NCBI GenBank assembly: GCA_013265495.1 | Contig: MU058687.1 | Span: 1,364,001 to 1,428,000, forward strand | Origin: Vicugna vicugna | Taxonomy: Eukaryota | Length of the DNA stretch: 64,000 nucleotides | Direction of reading: 5' to 3' | Shown: positions 37,984 to 50,853 of the stretch, piece after piece | How positions within the stretch are numbered: position 1 is the stretch's first letter | How the letters are laid out: the number at the start of each line of letters is the position of its first letter | Notes under the pieces: generated by a model | Seen by the model: the letters and a program-made list of their open reading frames with translations, nothing else | Databases searched by the model: none | Told to the model about the DNA's origin: nothing | Made by a program: the position numbers and the translations under genes

Positions 37984-38571
37984 GATTAGTGTTCTATTTC
38001 TGTACAACAAATTACCACAGATTTAGCTGCTTAAAACAACACATATTCACTATCTCACAGACTCTGTGGGTCACGAGTCCAGGCACAGCTCAGTTTAGTC
38101 CTCTGTTCAAGGTCTCAGAAGGTTGCAATCAAGGTGTCAGTCAAGCTCATTCTCAGCTGGATGCTTGAATGGGGAAGAGTCTGCCTCTGAGCACATCCGG
38201 ATTGTTGGCGGACTTTATTTCCTTGTGACTGTATAACTAAGGCCTGGCTTTTTACTGGCTGATGGCCAGAAGCCACCCTTAGGTCCTAGAGGCTGCTCAT
38301 AGTTCCCTGTCATGTGAGCTTCCTCAACGTGGTTGCTCATTTGATCAAGCCTACCAGGAGAGCCTACTAGTGTGTGCTGGCAAGATGGAGTTATATATAT
38401 ATAAAACGACATAATCTGGGGCTGACATCCCATCACCTTTGCCATATTCTGTTGCTTGGAAGCAAGTCTTAGGTTCTACCTGCACTCAAGGGGAAGGAAT
38501 CACACAAATTCCCTACATGGTCGCCAGGAGGCAGGAATTATTGAGGGTGACACTAGGGTCTGTCATCCACA
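37984..38571 (-). mobile_element. MLT1-family (ERVL-MaLR) solo LTR
   Basis: ACAAATTACCACAGATTTAGCTGCTTAAAACAACAC...TCTCACAGACTCTGTGGGTCA...TCACCTTTGCCATATTCTGTTG, typical MLT1 motifs; ends CCACA. Confidence 0.8.
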
Positions 38572-39363
38572 ATGGATCACATCACCTTCTGAGAATTTAA
38601 AAACAATAATAAAACTAGCTAAAAGTGGTCTGCTTTTTTATTAACAACATGAACTGGCAATTTTAGACGTCATCAGTGACAAAATACTCCTTCCTGAAAA
38701 AAATCTTTTGTTGTTTTAAGTTCTAAGCAGTGGCTGGGATTACTGTTGAGTTTTCATACATGTATACATAAGCTTCATTTAAAAATTATTTATCCTTTAA
38801 TGCAGCGTATTCTACATGGAAGCAAACTCCCAGTTATGCTAACAGTTGCTCTCTAACATGTGGATTTAGCTATATGCCTTCATTTTAAGTGTAAGACTGT
38901 AATGGTTCAGGCTCATTTGAGATCATTTTGGGTGCAGTGTGTGTCCCCAACCCTATGGTCGTACATACACTGTTTTGAAATAAAGATAACACAGTGACAG
39001 TAAAGACAAGGAAACTGAACCCAGGTTGCTTCAGTTCTGTTATTCTATATAACCGTCTAGTTTTTGTGTTTAACACTGAAAACTGTGAAGCAGTGCAAAC
39101 TGAGACTTGCAACGTTTTTATTTGGTAAATGCACATTTCAGTTAATATATGAAATATTTTACTAAATTTTAATATTAGTTTTAAAGTGGAAAATCTTTTA
39201 AAATTATTTAAAACTGAAAAACAAATCAAGAAAAAAAAATTACAACAGTAGTACGATTTAGTAGTTGCCTAAACTACTAAACTATTATTGTGATGCTTAG
39301 GAATAAAAATGAATAGCTAGGAGTAATTTGGGCTCACAATGCGCTAGACACCCAGTTCCAAAT

Positions 39364-39390
39364 ACACACACACACACACACACACATACA
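39364..39390 (+). repeat. (CA)n microsatellite
   Basis: Directly visible. Confidence 0.95.
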
Positions 39391-39699
39391 TCCATATTAA
39401 CTTATGAATACGGGCACTCCTGCTATTATCCTTATTTTATAGATAATATAGCCTGGGGGCACAGAAGGATTGCGATCTGTTCAAGATCATCCAGTTCGAG
39501 TGGCAGAGCTGGAATCTGAGTCCGGGTAGTGTGGTTCCAGTGTCTGAATTCTTAGACACTGGTAAGAAAAAACAAAGCAAAACCAGTATTTCCAACAACC
39601 TTGCAAGCCGAGGAAGCCCTTGAAAACGGACAGGAAGGCTTCTATCCATCCAGGAGGGCTTCTTTCTATTCAGGAGGGAGAGCTGGCTTCCCAAAGCCC

Positions 39700-41070
39700 A
39701 GCCAGAGGGGGTGCTCTCTCGGCGTCCCCTCTCCGCCCTCTCGGCACCCTCGCCGCGCCCCTGCCCTCGTCAGCCAAGCCCAGGTTTCTCCCGGCCCTTC
39801 CCAGCTTCCGGCCCTTTGCTTCAGGCCAGGTCGCTGGGTCAGGCCGCGCCAGGAGCTCCGGAGTCCTCTATTTACTGTTTGGTTTCCATGGTGACACGTA
39901 GGCGCCGTCAGCGCCTCCCGTCATCCGCCCCACAGCGCGGCCCCCACCCGGCGTCGTGACGTCTGCCCACCGCTTCCGCTCTGCCCATATTTGGCTCAGC
40001 CACTGCATCGAGCGGGTCGGGAGGAGGCTGGGAGCCGGGCTCCCGCCGCGTCCCGCCCCCTGCCTCCGGCCACGCCCCCGTGGGGGTGGGTGCTGCCGGC
40101 GGCTCTGTTCCACGCGACCGCCGACTCTTCCTGGAGACTGGAGCGGAGAAGAGGGGAGGGAGAGACAGGGACCCCGAGGGGAGGGCGTGGGTGATTGATG
40201 GGTGAGCTCGGGGGTCCCAAACATTTGTCTCGTTGAGGCTGCAGACGAGATTTGAGCTGCGTGATCTGTTTCGGGTGGGTGAGCTGGGATCACGATTTTC
40301 TAACTCTATGCCCGGAAATCATGGAAACAGCCATCGCCCGCCTCACTCTATTTTATATTTTATAGGCTTGAACGTAAAATTCTCGCCCATGGGGCAGTGG
40401 AGAGATTTGAAGACCAAGATTCTGCGATCAGTGTTGCCCTTTGGGGGATAAGTGACCTTGGGAAGGTCATTTTGCTTTACCTAGCCTGGTAAAAAGAACT
40501 GTGGGGGTGGGGCGCAGTGTCGTCGGGCTTGTGAGGGGAGATCGTCCATCACCTTTTAACTATAGGCACGGGCGGGGAGGCATGCATAATTGGAATATCA
40601 GTATTCTTTGAGGACCCCTGCAATTCTGACCCCCACAGTAACTGGATTTGTGCGTCTCATTGCGCCTTACTCATATTAGGCTCTTAATTATCTGTTGTTA
40701 ACTGATTATTGAGTGAATCCCAGGCAAATTACCTTCGGATTTCACCTTCATAAATCCAGACCCCCGCAATTCCTCTTACCGGCGGAAGGAGGAATATTGC
40801 GGCGATGATTAATAATCGCGCAGCAGGGATCGCGCAGCAGGGTTGCTGATGTAAAGCGATTTGCAGATGTAAAGGGCAATAAACATTCCTGGGAGGAATC
40901 CAGCGAGATTCCAGAAGTCTCCGAGGGAGCTGTGGGTGTGTGCCGCCCGAGGGAGCTGTGGGTGTGTGCCGCCCGTCCATGAGGGCGGGAGGCGGGAGGA
41001 GGGGGACAGTGCCGCAGCGGCCACTGCCCGGGAGCCGGCTGTGGAGTCGCAGCTACCGCCGCCCACCTCC
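39700..41070. promoter_or_regulatory. CpG-rich downstream element (candidate FOS 3' enhancer or lncRNA promoter)
   Basis: Two CpG-rich blocks; X-box 39882, CRE-like 39957, Ets 39973, CArG 39985, EGR-type 40185. Confidence 0.8.
40921..40972 (+). repeat. Perfect 26-bp tandem duplication
   Basis: CCGAGGGAGCTGTGGGTGTGTGCCGC twice. Confidence 0.97.
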
Positions 41071-44000
41071 AACCCTCGCCCATTCCCCAGTTCCTCTGGT
41101 CAAAGGAGTGTGCGTTTTTCAGAATTTCAGAACTAGAACGCACATCAGATACTATTCTTCTAATTCAGCCTTTCAGTTTTACAAATGGAGGAACTAAGGC
41201 TCAGAGAAGTTGGTTCATCCATGCAAACTTGCACAGCTAGTTAGAGATGGATAAAAGCCAAGATTTCTGGTTTCGAGCTAGTGTCCCTTCCACCTTTCCT
41301 CTAACCTCTGTTCTGGTGGCTTCAGGACCCTGTTGCCTGGCTCAGATGGTGGAATGTACAATACTGACTTCAGGGCTCCTAAAGGGTGCAGTGGCATGCC
41401 TACTGCCCCACACAGCCCACAGCACACCAGGGCTGGGGTAATGGCCAGGAGGTGTGTACTCCCTAAACCACAAGCATTCCTCGGTGCAGTGGCTAGAATG
41501 GCTACCCTTGTCCAGAGAAACTGAGTTGGCGGTCCTGAAACCACTCTTAGACTAGCAACTGGTCATTTTTCAGTTACCCAAGCCTTGTATTACGTTTTTC
41601 TCAGCCAAGACAACAGCAGAAGGCATGGGTAGCCTGAATGCATGGAAACCCCTTTTTTGCTCATTGGAAAGTCTTTTCAAGGTACAGGAGGTGTGGGGGA
41701 ATGTCTCTTTAATGTCTCTCTCTTCCCGTTCAGTCTCACCCAATTTCCTCTTACATTCTATATTCTGTTTCTTGCCTGACTCTAGGCTGAATCCGAAGGC
41801 AGCTCAGACTGAGAAGACTGGTGCCCACTGCTGGCCTCCGGCCATTCCAACCTGCTGATTTGCGGAGTCTGGAATCTTTCACCTTTCCTGGTTGTGCTTG
41901 GAGCTCTAGCAGCAGAAGTAGCAGCTCTTCCCCCTAGTGGACACATGAGGCAGAGCACCCTTTTCCTATTCCAGAAGCCGCAACAGGGCTAAGGGGAAGA
42001 GATTTTCTTTGTTCACTCTGAGGGAAATAGCAAAACTTGGCAGGAAAAAGAAATCCCATTTTTTTTCTCTCTCTTTAATTTATTTCTGTGGATCTGGTCA
42101 ATTTGGACACAGAAAACACTTCTGTTGTTTCTCTTGCCTGGACTACTTTTTTCCTTCTTGCTAGCCAAAACTTGCCTCTTCTTTTAAACACTATTTCCAG
42201 TTCCACCTCCCTCCTAACAACTTTTCTGACTCCTCTCCTATGTATCTTAGGAAATCCATCTGTGCACAGACCCAGCACACAGAGCGCATGCTTACATGCT
42301 GTCTTCACTTTTGCTTCTTTGAGAGTGGGGGCCAGGTCCTGGATGTCTTTTGTGTTCATAGACCTCATAATGCCCAGCACAGGAATGGGGACAAAACCTG
42401 CTCTCAAGCTCTTGCCGATGAATGGATTCACTAACTGATTAATTTCTAAAGACACAAACCAAAGCCTTTGCTTTGATAAACCTTCCTCTCAGTTCTTTGG
42501 GGAAATCTAGATAGTGATCTAATCCAAGATAGCCTTGCATAAGAAGTAGTTGCACAAAGCAGTTTCACAAGAGAACACCACCACCACCACCCAGAGAGGG
42601 GTAGGGAAGTGGGAAGTGGACTCTCAGAAAGATGAGGAGGAGAGTGGAGACTCGGGGAGGTCAGAGGATGAAAATTTGGGGGTAGGGGGCACTGCTCCTG
42701 GGATCAGAGAGGCAGCACGTCCTCTAGAGCCAGGTTTCTCTCCCACCACTTGCTGTGTGGCCTTAGGCAAGTGTACTCTCTTCGCTGTGCCTCAGTTTTC
42801 TCATCTGTAAAAATAACTCCCCATCTTCTAGCCATAGGTTGAGGATAAACTGAACTGCTCTTTGCAAAGTCCTAGGACAGTGCTTGACACATAGTAAGTG
42901 CTATCTGTTTTCCAACTTAGCTGTCTTGTAAATGGAATGAGGGGAGATTACGTGATCTCTTGGTCTTCTGCGCTGGTCTTCCTGGGCAGTGCATGAGCTT
43001 TGTGGTCACACAGGTCTGAGTGGATTCCTGTCTCAGTTCCTCACTGTTTGACCTTGGACAGATCACTCTACTTCCTGGAGCCTCAGTTTTTTCACATCTG
43101 TGAAGCGGGGATAATTGTGTCTACCTCAGAGGCTGTTGTATGCATATATGCTTATAAAATGCCTGGCATATCAGGAGCTTATTAAACAGAAGCTATAGTT
43201 ACTGTTATCTGTGAGAGGAGCCGTATATAAAGGAGAAATCTCATCTCCAAAATCTTTGAGGTTTCAAGAAAGACTGAATAGATTGAATAGCAGTGAGACC
43301 AGCTCAACTCATGGAGCTTGCAGGTGGGATGTAGGCCCTGGGTCTGGACCCTGACTCGATGTCACAACATCTGAAGAGACCGGGAGTCATGTGGCTTGCA
43401 TGTTGGCTGTAGAAACGTTTTCTGCCTGAGGGCTGTGCTGAGGGTGTGGACCCAGTGGGTTGCCAGGTGCCAGCAGCTGGAGGCCACTCCTTCCTGGAAG
43501 GGGGGACGTTAGTAGAAGAGAGCTTGGGCAGGGTAGGGCTCGGAAACCTGTAGTTGTTGAGTGTGTGTGTATGGGAATGGCCCAGGGCCCTGCTGCCCTG
43601 GGAGCTGGCCTCCTAGGCCTGGCACCGCCTCCCTCACAGCAGGTTCTGCTCCTCAGAGCTGCCATTCTGGCCCTGACCCAGGCCACCCCGGAGTGATTGC
43701 CAGCAATTATCTGAGGGGTAGGAGGAAGGAGAGTTATGATAGTCATACAGCCAAATGAATCTTAATTCCCTTCTGCTGCATATATAGAAAAGTACTAAAC
43801 AGAATATTCAAATGTTGGGATGTAGTTCTCTTAAGTTCTTTTAGAAGCAGGGAAGCAGGGTTGCAAAATCCAAGAATGAGTTGTTGCAATCTTAAGCATG
43901 TTAGGAGTCACTTTTATGATGCTCACACTTGACGGCTCCTGGCCCCTGTGACCCACGAGTTGTGTGCTCCCCAGCAAGCCAGGGTCCACACTAAGTAAGC

Positions 44001-44459
44001 TGTCATTCTGGGGTCCCGGACACAGTCTTATGGGCTGTCTGTAATCTGTAAGCCTCATTCCAAACTCTTGTTACCTGTCATGGCAAGGGTGGCGGGGGGC
44101 AGGGGGCAAGGTGGGGTGGGCTGCCCAGTGACTAGTACTTAGAGCAGAACTCAGAGGAAGAAATGATCTTCAAAAACACATGGCTTGTGAAGAGTCACGA
44201 AGGTGCTGGTATCGGTTGTCTCTGGAGAGGAAGGAATGTGCCTTTTATTTTCTTCTTTTTGCTTGTTTGTACCCTCTGATTTTTTGTTTTTGGCAAGCAC
44301 ACACATCACTTTTGTAATACAAAATGTTTTTTCAGTCTTCCCAGCAGAACAGTATGTTTGTTTTTTTTTTAATAGGTAACAATAAGTGGAAAGGCTAAAA
44401 CTCAAACAGCTCCTGTTTTTTTGTTGTTGTTGTTGTTGTTTTTGCTTTCCCCCTCTTTC

Positions 44460-44940
44460 CAAAAGAAATAGATGCTCATGGGGAAAGCTTTGAAAATTCA
44501 GATAAGCAAAATAAAGAAAATAAAAATCACCTGTAATCCTATTACAGCGATAACCACTGTCAGCATTTTTGATTCTCCTTTTCAATATACACCCAAGTTT
44601 TACAGTTTTTAGTTTACACACTGTAGTTTTCATGAAAATTGGACCATGCCACAATACTGTTTTTTAATCTGGTTTTTCTATACCATAGATCGTGAACATA
44701 AACAATTTTTCTACATGATCACTTTAGCAGCTAGTCACACAGGATTCTACTTATAACACTTTAAACCAGTCCTGTGTTTTTGGACCTCTGGGTTTCTAAT
44801 TTTTTTTTTTTTGCTATTAAAGACAAGGCTGCAAATGTCTTTGGGGCCAAGTTTTTGTGCATATCTAAGATTATTTTGTTCGAGTTGGGCCAAAGATTTT
44901 TTCCTTTTTACGGTTTGTGAAATGTAGCTGTGCGGTCCAT
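44460..44940 (-). mobile_element. Ancient L1 (L1ME-like) fragment
   Basis: GAAAATTCAGATAAGCAAAATAAAGAAAATAAAAATCACCTGTAATCC...GATAACCACTGT resembles old L1ME 3' ends. Confidence 0.55.
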
Positions 44941-45189
44941 TCAGTGTCACACGGCACAGGGTGCAGCCCCCGTTCTGAATGGGAAGGGAGTATTGGCTCC
45001 ACCAGTGTCCAGCTGTGCAATCTTGACAAAATGACTTGCCCTATCTGCACTTCAATTTCCTCCAATACAGAACTGGGATGATAGTAACTATGGAATGAGT
45101 TGCTGGGAGTATTCAGTTTAAAAAGAAATGTGTCAAGGGGTGCCTGGCACAGCAGGTGATGCACTCTCAATAAACGGTGATTGGTTTCT

Positions 45190-45365
45190 TTTTCTTTTTT
45201 TTAATTGAACTATAGGCAGTTTACAACGTGTTGGTTTCTGGTGGACAGCATAATGTTTCAGTCATACATATACAGACATACATTCATATTCTTTTTCATT
45301 ATAGGTTGCTACAAGATACTGAATATAGTTCCCTGTGCTGTACAGAAGAAACTTGTTGTTTACCT
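45190..45365 (-). mobile_element. 5'-truncated L1 3' end
   Basis: Poly(T) then AATTGAACTATAG...GAATATAGTTCCCTGTGCTGTACAG; TSD GTGATT(G/A)GTTTCT (45177-45189 and 45366-45378). Confidence 0.88.
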
Positions 45366-45689
45366 GTGATTAGTTTCTGATTTCTGGATTGTCTTCTCTT
45401 CAGGAGAAGGAGGCGTCTTGACATTGAGGTCTGGTTGCCTGGGAAGGTAGGGGGAGACCTGGAGCAGGTTTAAACTCTGAAGGGGAAGATGCTAGGGAGT
45501 GGAGTGGAAGGGGACATGTAGTAATGAAGGGGTGGAGGCCGGGGAGGCTGAGGAGAGGTAAGCAGAGGAGAAAGTGGGCTGTAAGAGACCGGGGTGAGAT
45601 ATCCACACGGGCCACTGGAGCAGGGACCCTCAGAAACAGAGCCAGATGCCACCTCTGTAAGATCCGAGGCCAAGCCTGTGCCCTCTGGT

Positions 45690-46070
45690 CCCCGCCCCAC
45701 CAAGGCTGCTTCCTGCCTTCCTCTCAGGCCCACGTCATCACTCCAGACCAGTCTTCTTTCAGTTCCTTGAGTGTGCCGTGTTCCTCCCTGTTGGATGACC
45801 TTTGTACATGATTTCCCCTGCCAGGAACTTCCACTCTTCCTAGCTAATTCCCAGGCACCCTTCAGATCGTAAGCTTGAAACTCACTTCCTCAGAGAGGCC
45901 TTCCCTGACAAACCAGCCCCCTTCCTCCTGGTCCTCCCTCATGGCCCTCTGTGCCCGCATGGCAGTTATGTGTGTTTATGAACAGGCTCTGCTTTTTGCT
46001 CATTCTTGTGTCCCTGATGCCCAGCACATAGTAGACACTCAACAGACAGTCACTGAAATGGAAGATGAAT
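45690..46070 (+). mobile_element. L2 LINE 3' fragment
   Basis: TCACTTCCTCAGAGAGGCCTTCCCTGAC...GCCCAGCACATAGTAGACACTCAA. Confidence 0.7.
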
Positions 46071-46257
46071 AAGCCAGTTCATTTGTGATCTGAAAAATGC
46101 TTTCACATCCCCTCCTGTGGCTTCAGTCCCGTCCTAATCGATGCTGGCTGGTTGGCTGAAGGAATAGGAGATGTGGGGGCTAAGATGCCTTAGCCAGCTG
46201 CTCTCCCATCCTTCTCTCCCTCAAGGAGGCAGGCTTCCTTTTCAAGAAACTTTAAAC

Positions 46258-46425
46258 CAGTGCTTCTCAAACTTAAATGTGTATAAAAATTACCTAGGAA
46301 TCTTCTCAACATGCAAATCCTGATTCTTGGGGTCTAGGGTCCTCCCTAGGGTCAGGTACAAGACTCTGCATCTCAGCAAGCTCCCAGGTCATCCCCATGT
46401 TGTTCGTCTGGGCACCACGGGACCA
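46258..46425. mobile_element. MER5-like hAT DNA transposon relic
   Basis: Starts CAGTGCTTCTCAAACTT; contains TCTGCATCTCAGCAAGCTCCCAGGT, typical of MER5. Confidence 0.7.
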
Positions 46426-49400
46426 GCAAGGCTTTCAGAATTCACCTCTCCTCTTTACACGCCACTGATCCCCGTGCTTAAGGGTGAGTCGCTGCGCCCT
46501 CTGTCGGCCGCTGCGGGGCATGACAATCACTGACCAAGCAGGGAAAGTCTGCACGCCTGAATTTTAAAACGCACGCCAAATTCTTGGGGACCAAGATCTT
46601 CTGCTAAAAGCAGATGGGCATCCAGCTCTAATAACGTTAGGAAAATGTACTCTTAAGAATACACTTTGTAAAAGATCCCAGCCATGCTGAGGCAAAGGAA
46701 TTCCCTGAACTGAAGGATGTTAGGGCTGGGAGGAACACTTACATCATCTACTCTTTTGCCACGGTTGGATTTTCCTACTCTTTTTTTTTTTTTTTTAAAT
46801 AGCAGAGGCCTTTCTTCATCAGGGTTGCATTATGACCTTCATGGGCCCTGGACACTTTGATCTTTGTAGGCCTCTTTCTCTAGAAAAGTTAATTAAAATT
46901 TCATTTTATGATTGCTTTGATATAAAGGTGAATATATAATATATTGTACCTTTTTGACATGAAAGTTAACCTTTTTCTTCTGATTTTTTTAAAGAAATTA
47001 AAACATTTCTCTGGATCCCTAAAAATATCATGGGCCCTAGGCACCATGCTTCCCAGGTCACGTCTCCACGAGGCGGCACAGAGTGTATTCTTAATGCTGT
47101 TAGAATCTGCACACCTACCTGCTTTCAGGAGAAGATCTTGTTCCCCAAGAATTTTGTGTGAGTTTTAAAATTCCTGGGTGATGTCTCTCCACACACGCCC
47201 GACTGTGCTAGGGGCCTCGAGGGCCATGATGTTGTCCAAGCAGGTGACCAGACTGAACATGTTAAATGACTTAGACATATAATGTGCTAAGTGCTTACCG
47301 TGTGCCAAGTGCTCTAAACGTATCACTTAAGTTCCAGAATAGCTACTATCCATGTTGTACCCATGAAAACACTAGAGTGAGAAGGCAACATCACTTTCTC
47401 ACATCACAGGGGAGTAAGTTGGCAGATCTGAGATTTGAACCCCAGATCTGTCTGATTCTCTCCACAGGATGTGGCTGGTTATACAGTGAGGCGTCTGCTG
47501 GGATATACATTCCCAAATGTATGTTACACTCTAGGGCTACCGGGGGGCAAGGTGTCAGGGAGGGCTGGAGGGTCTTAGGGAGGAGGGAGACTGGAGACCG
47601 GCTTTGGAGAATCGGTCATTGCGGAGATGAAGTGGCAGGGAAAGTCACGTGAGGCCACAGAGGTGTGGAGGTGAGGTCCCCTGGTTCTGGGGACTTCCTG
47701 AGCATGAGGGAACTCAAGGTTAGGAAGCAGAGGGTGATGAAGCCGGGTGGCTAAGAAGGGTGAGGAATTTGGCCCAGTCCAGTGTTCAGTGGGATTCTTT
47801 GTTTCCTTGAGTCCTAAAATCTAGTCCTAAGTGATCAATAACATAGCATAGTTTTATCCCCCGTCCCTGTCTCTGTTTCTCATCTATCAAATGGGAGTTT
47901 TGAAGCTTGCCCTACACTCTCAGAGACGTCAGGAAATTCACATGACTGTCAGCTGCACAAGGATGGGGAGCCTGGGTCTGATTCAGGCTGTACCCCCGGG
48001 GCTTGGGTGCTCAGCACACATTTGGTGAAGAAATGAGCATCATAGTCTATAAATTCCTTTGAAAGCAGCCTCAGGAAACAGCGTGGCTCAAGAGCACACC
48101 CTTAGCCAGAAGAGGGCGCTCTTCAGTGAAACAAGGTTTGATACAGAAAACCAGGATCTTTCTGCAGGATTGTGGTTTGAGAATTTACATCCCTAGGCTT
48201 TGCTTTAAGCTTTAGGATTTAAGAGATCAAATAATTCCATTCTAAATTCTTATATCTAAACTTGCTTTAACTCTAGTATCCCAGCTAGGAAAAGAGGCTA
48301 AGATGTAGTTTATTTCCTCTATTTCATGTTCTCTTAATGCTTTAGGCACTTAGTACAGATGTGATTAGTTTTATTTGGAGGGGACGGGCTTGAGACAGCA
48401 ACCAGTTTATTATATTATGTGATTTTGTGGGTCAGGAATTAAGACAGGAATTGGCTGGGACATTCTTCTGCTCAATATGGCGGACTGATGTCCTCCGTGG
48501 TATCAGCTGGGGAATGGGCTGGCCTGGAGGGTCTCAGGTGGCTTCACCTACATGACGCAGATGTAATTTTATATTTTGTGTGATTATTTGATTAATATCT
48601 GTCTCCCTTACTAGTCTAGAAGCTACCAAAGGGCCAAAACTATGTCTGGTTTTGTCTGTTGTTTTACCCCTAGGGGCTAGCACAGTGCCTGGGCCACTGA
48701 GGCTCACTAAACAGTATTTGTTGAAAGCATCAAGGATGTAATTCTTAAAAAGTGTCAGGATGCTCAGGAAAAAGGCATAGGTAAGAGTTCATGATAATGA
48801 TCATAGCTCAGGAAGCGCCAGGCTGAGCTAAGTACTGGACCACCCGGCTGGTTGGCATTATTTAGCCCCATTTTACAGATGAGGAGCAAAGGGTGCTCTG
48901 ACACAGCTTCAAAGGGTGATGCACCGGAAGCACCTTTTATATCACAAATCAGAGGACCTGGGGAAACTCAGGAGCCCTGGAGGCCAAGCAAGTTATTAAA
49001 GTAAATTATTTCAGAGATAAAAACCTGATGAAATGACAAAAGGCTAGACAATATGTTTCAAGTTAGTCACAGTGTTCCAGATTCCTGCTTCTATGTTATG
49101 CAAATAATAAAGGTGAAACCACGCCAAATGATGAGGTGACATTCCCCTCGGATGTCTATCGCCATATTGCCTTAAACTGTCCCTCAAAATCCACATATTG
49201 TTTCTTCGTCATCCTGGGTTTATTTATTTTTGATGTTTCTGCACAGCTGGACTGCTCTGCTGACATGTAAAGCTTCCTCTGATTCATCAAACAACAGGCT
49301 GGACTTTTGTTATGGGTGGGGCATCGCAAAGCCAACTTTGGGTTAGTAATAGTGCCCTTGATAGAAGTTGCCTGGGGGGTCAGAGTATTAGCGGATTATC

Positions 49401-50426
49401 TGATGCCCAGGCTTCCTGGAGGCTCTGCTTTGCTTGAAGGGCTCTTCTAGATATTGTTACTGTGATGGAGAATACCCCAGGGTGCCAGGAAATTCCTGCC
49501 CTGGGCAGGGAGCTGACTTCCCGGTATCCTAGGGATTCTAAGGCCAGCTCCCTGTAGCCAGTCAGCGTTGAAGTTGCCTCAAACTGACAGACAAGAGGAA
49601 GCCCAACAAAAGCAGCTGGAACCCAAACAAACAGACTCGGTTGCTGCTGGGAGGGGAATCAGGCCTGGCGTCATCCAGGCTCTGGGCCAGGCCGTTGTCA
49701 TGGTGATGGCCAGCTGGTTTACCAGCGGGCAGCTGAGCCAATTCTCTGAGGGGGAAGCCCCAGAAGGGGGCTGGGGCACCCGGGGTGGGGGGACCTGTGC
49801 TTCTCCAAGTAATAGAAACCCACAGAAAAGGCAGGCTCCTTCCAGAGAGCTGCTTCTCTCAGGAGCCAAGCAGGCGGCCCAGGGGGCAGTAGACTCAGAG
49901 AGGCTGGCTGGCCTGGGAGGGAGGGAAGTGGCCAGTGAACCAGCAAAGAGGCCTCTGAAAAGCCTGGAAGGATTTCCAGGCAGAAAGGATTTGCAGCTGT
50001 GTTAGCTTTCTGGGCAAAACATGAACTGAAGTGGATCACAGAGTTCTTTAAAACAGAAACAAAGCACAAAAACAATCCACACACACATAGCGGCCAGTGG
50101 AGGAGAGAGGGGCTTTGGGAACCTCAGAGGTGGCATGAGAAAACATCTTCTGTCCTTCTCCAGGAGGTTTTTCCTTTTCTTTTCTTTTGTGATGACCACA
50201 ATTCAAGTCTTTACCTGGAGAAATGAACAGCTTTCAGCAAAGTCATGTTAGAAAACCTGTTTTGCAGGGCAGGGCCTAAAAGGTGTTCAGTCCATGAGAG
50301 TGGGTTACTTTAAGTTGAAGAAGAGACTCCCTTTTGGCTAAAGGGCAACATTAGCCAAAATAAACGCAATGGGGGAAAGAATCTTGGTACCTTCCTTCAG
50401 AAATCTCACTGCAAAAGTGTCTGTCA

Positions 50427-50853
50427 TACAAAAGGACAAATACTGTACGATTCCTCTCCTACAAGGTTTCCAGAGCAGTCATTTCATAAAGACAGAAAGT
50501 AGAGTGGTGGTCACCAGGGGCTGTGGGTGGGGTGGGATGGGAAGTTAGTGTTTAATGAGGATGGTGCTGCAGTTTGGGAAGATGGGATGAACTCTGGAGA
50601 TGGGTGGTCATGACACCCAGCTGTGTGAATATACTCAGTGCCATTGAACTGGACACTTAGAAATGGTTAAAACGGAAGAAGGGGTATAGCTCAGTGGTAG
50701 AGTGTGTGCCTAGCATGCATGAGGTCCTAGGTTCAACCCCCGGTATCTCCATTAAAGATAAATAAGAACCTAATTACCTCCCCTACAAAAATTTAAAAAA
50801 AATGGACAAGATGGTAAATGCTATGTTATTGACTACTTGACCACAATTTTTAA
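50427..50853 (+). mobile_element. Older L1 3' end (L1MA/MB-like), interrupted by the SINE
   Basis: CAAAAGGACAAATACTGTACGATTCC...GACAGAAAGTAGAGTGGTGGTCACCAGGGGCTG; perfect 14-bp TSD AAAAGTGTCTGTCA (50413-50426 and 50854-50867). Confidence 0.85.
50676..50800 (+). mobile_element. Vic-1-like SINE nested in an older L1 fragment
   Basis: GGGGTATAGCTCAGTGGTAGAG...GGTTCAACCCCCGGTATCTCCA...AACCTAATTACCTCCCC, same family as the other copies. Confidence 0.9.

Noticed and set aside
40801..40975. Short direct repeats considered as a CRISPR-like array
   Set aside because: Two-copy adjacent duplications without spacers, in a mammalian genome.
44151..44654. 167-aa minus-strand ORF
   Set aside because: Lies in low-complexity and old L1-like sequence; the Lys/Gln runs come from T-rich tracts.
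46820..47090. Segment bracketed by repeated CATGGGCCCT
   Set aside because: Most likely an old hAT-type DNA transposon relic; I could not assign a family or show anything novel.
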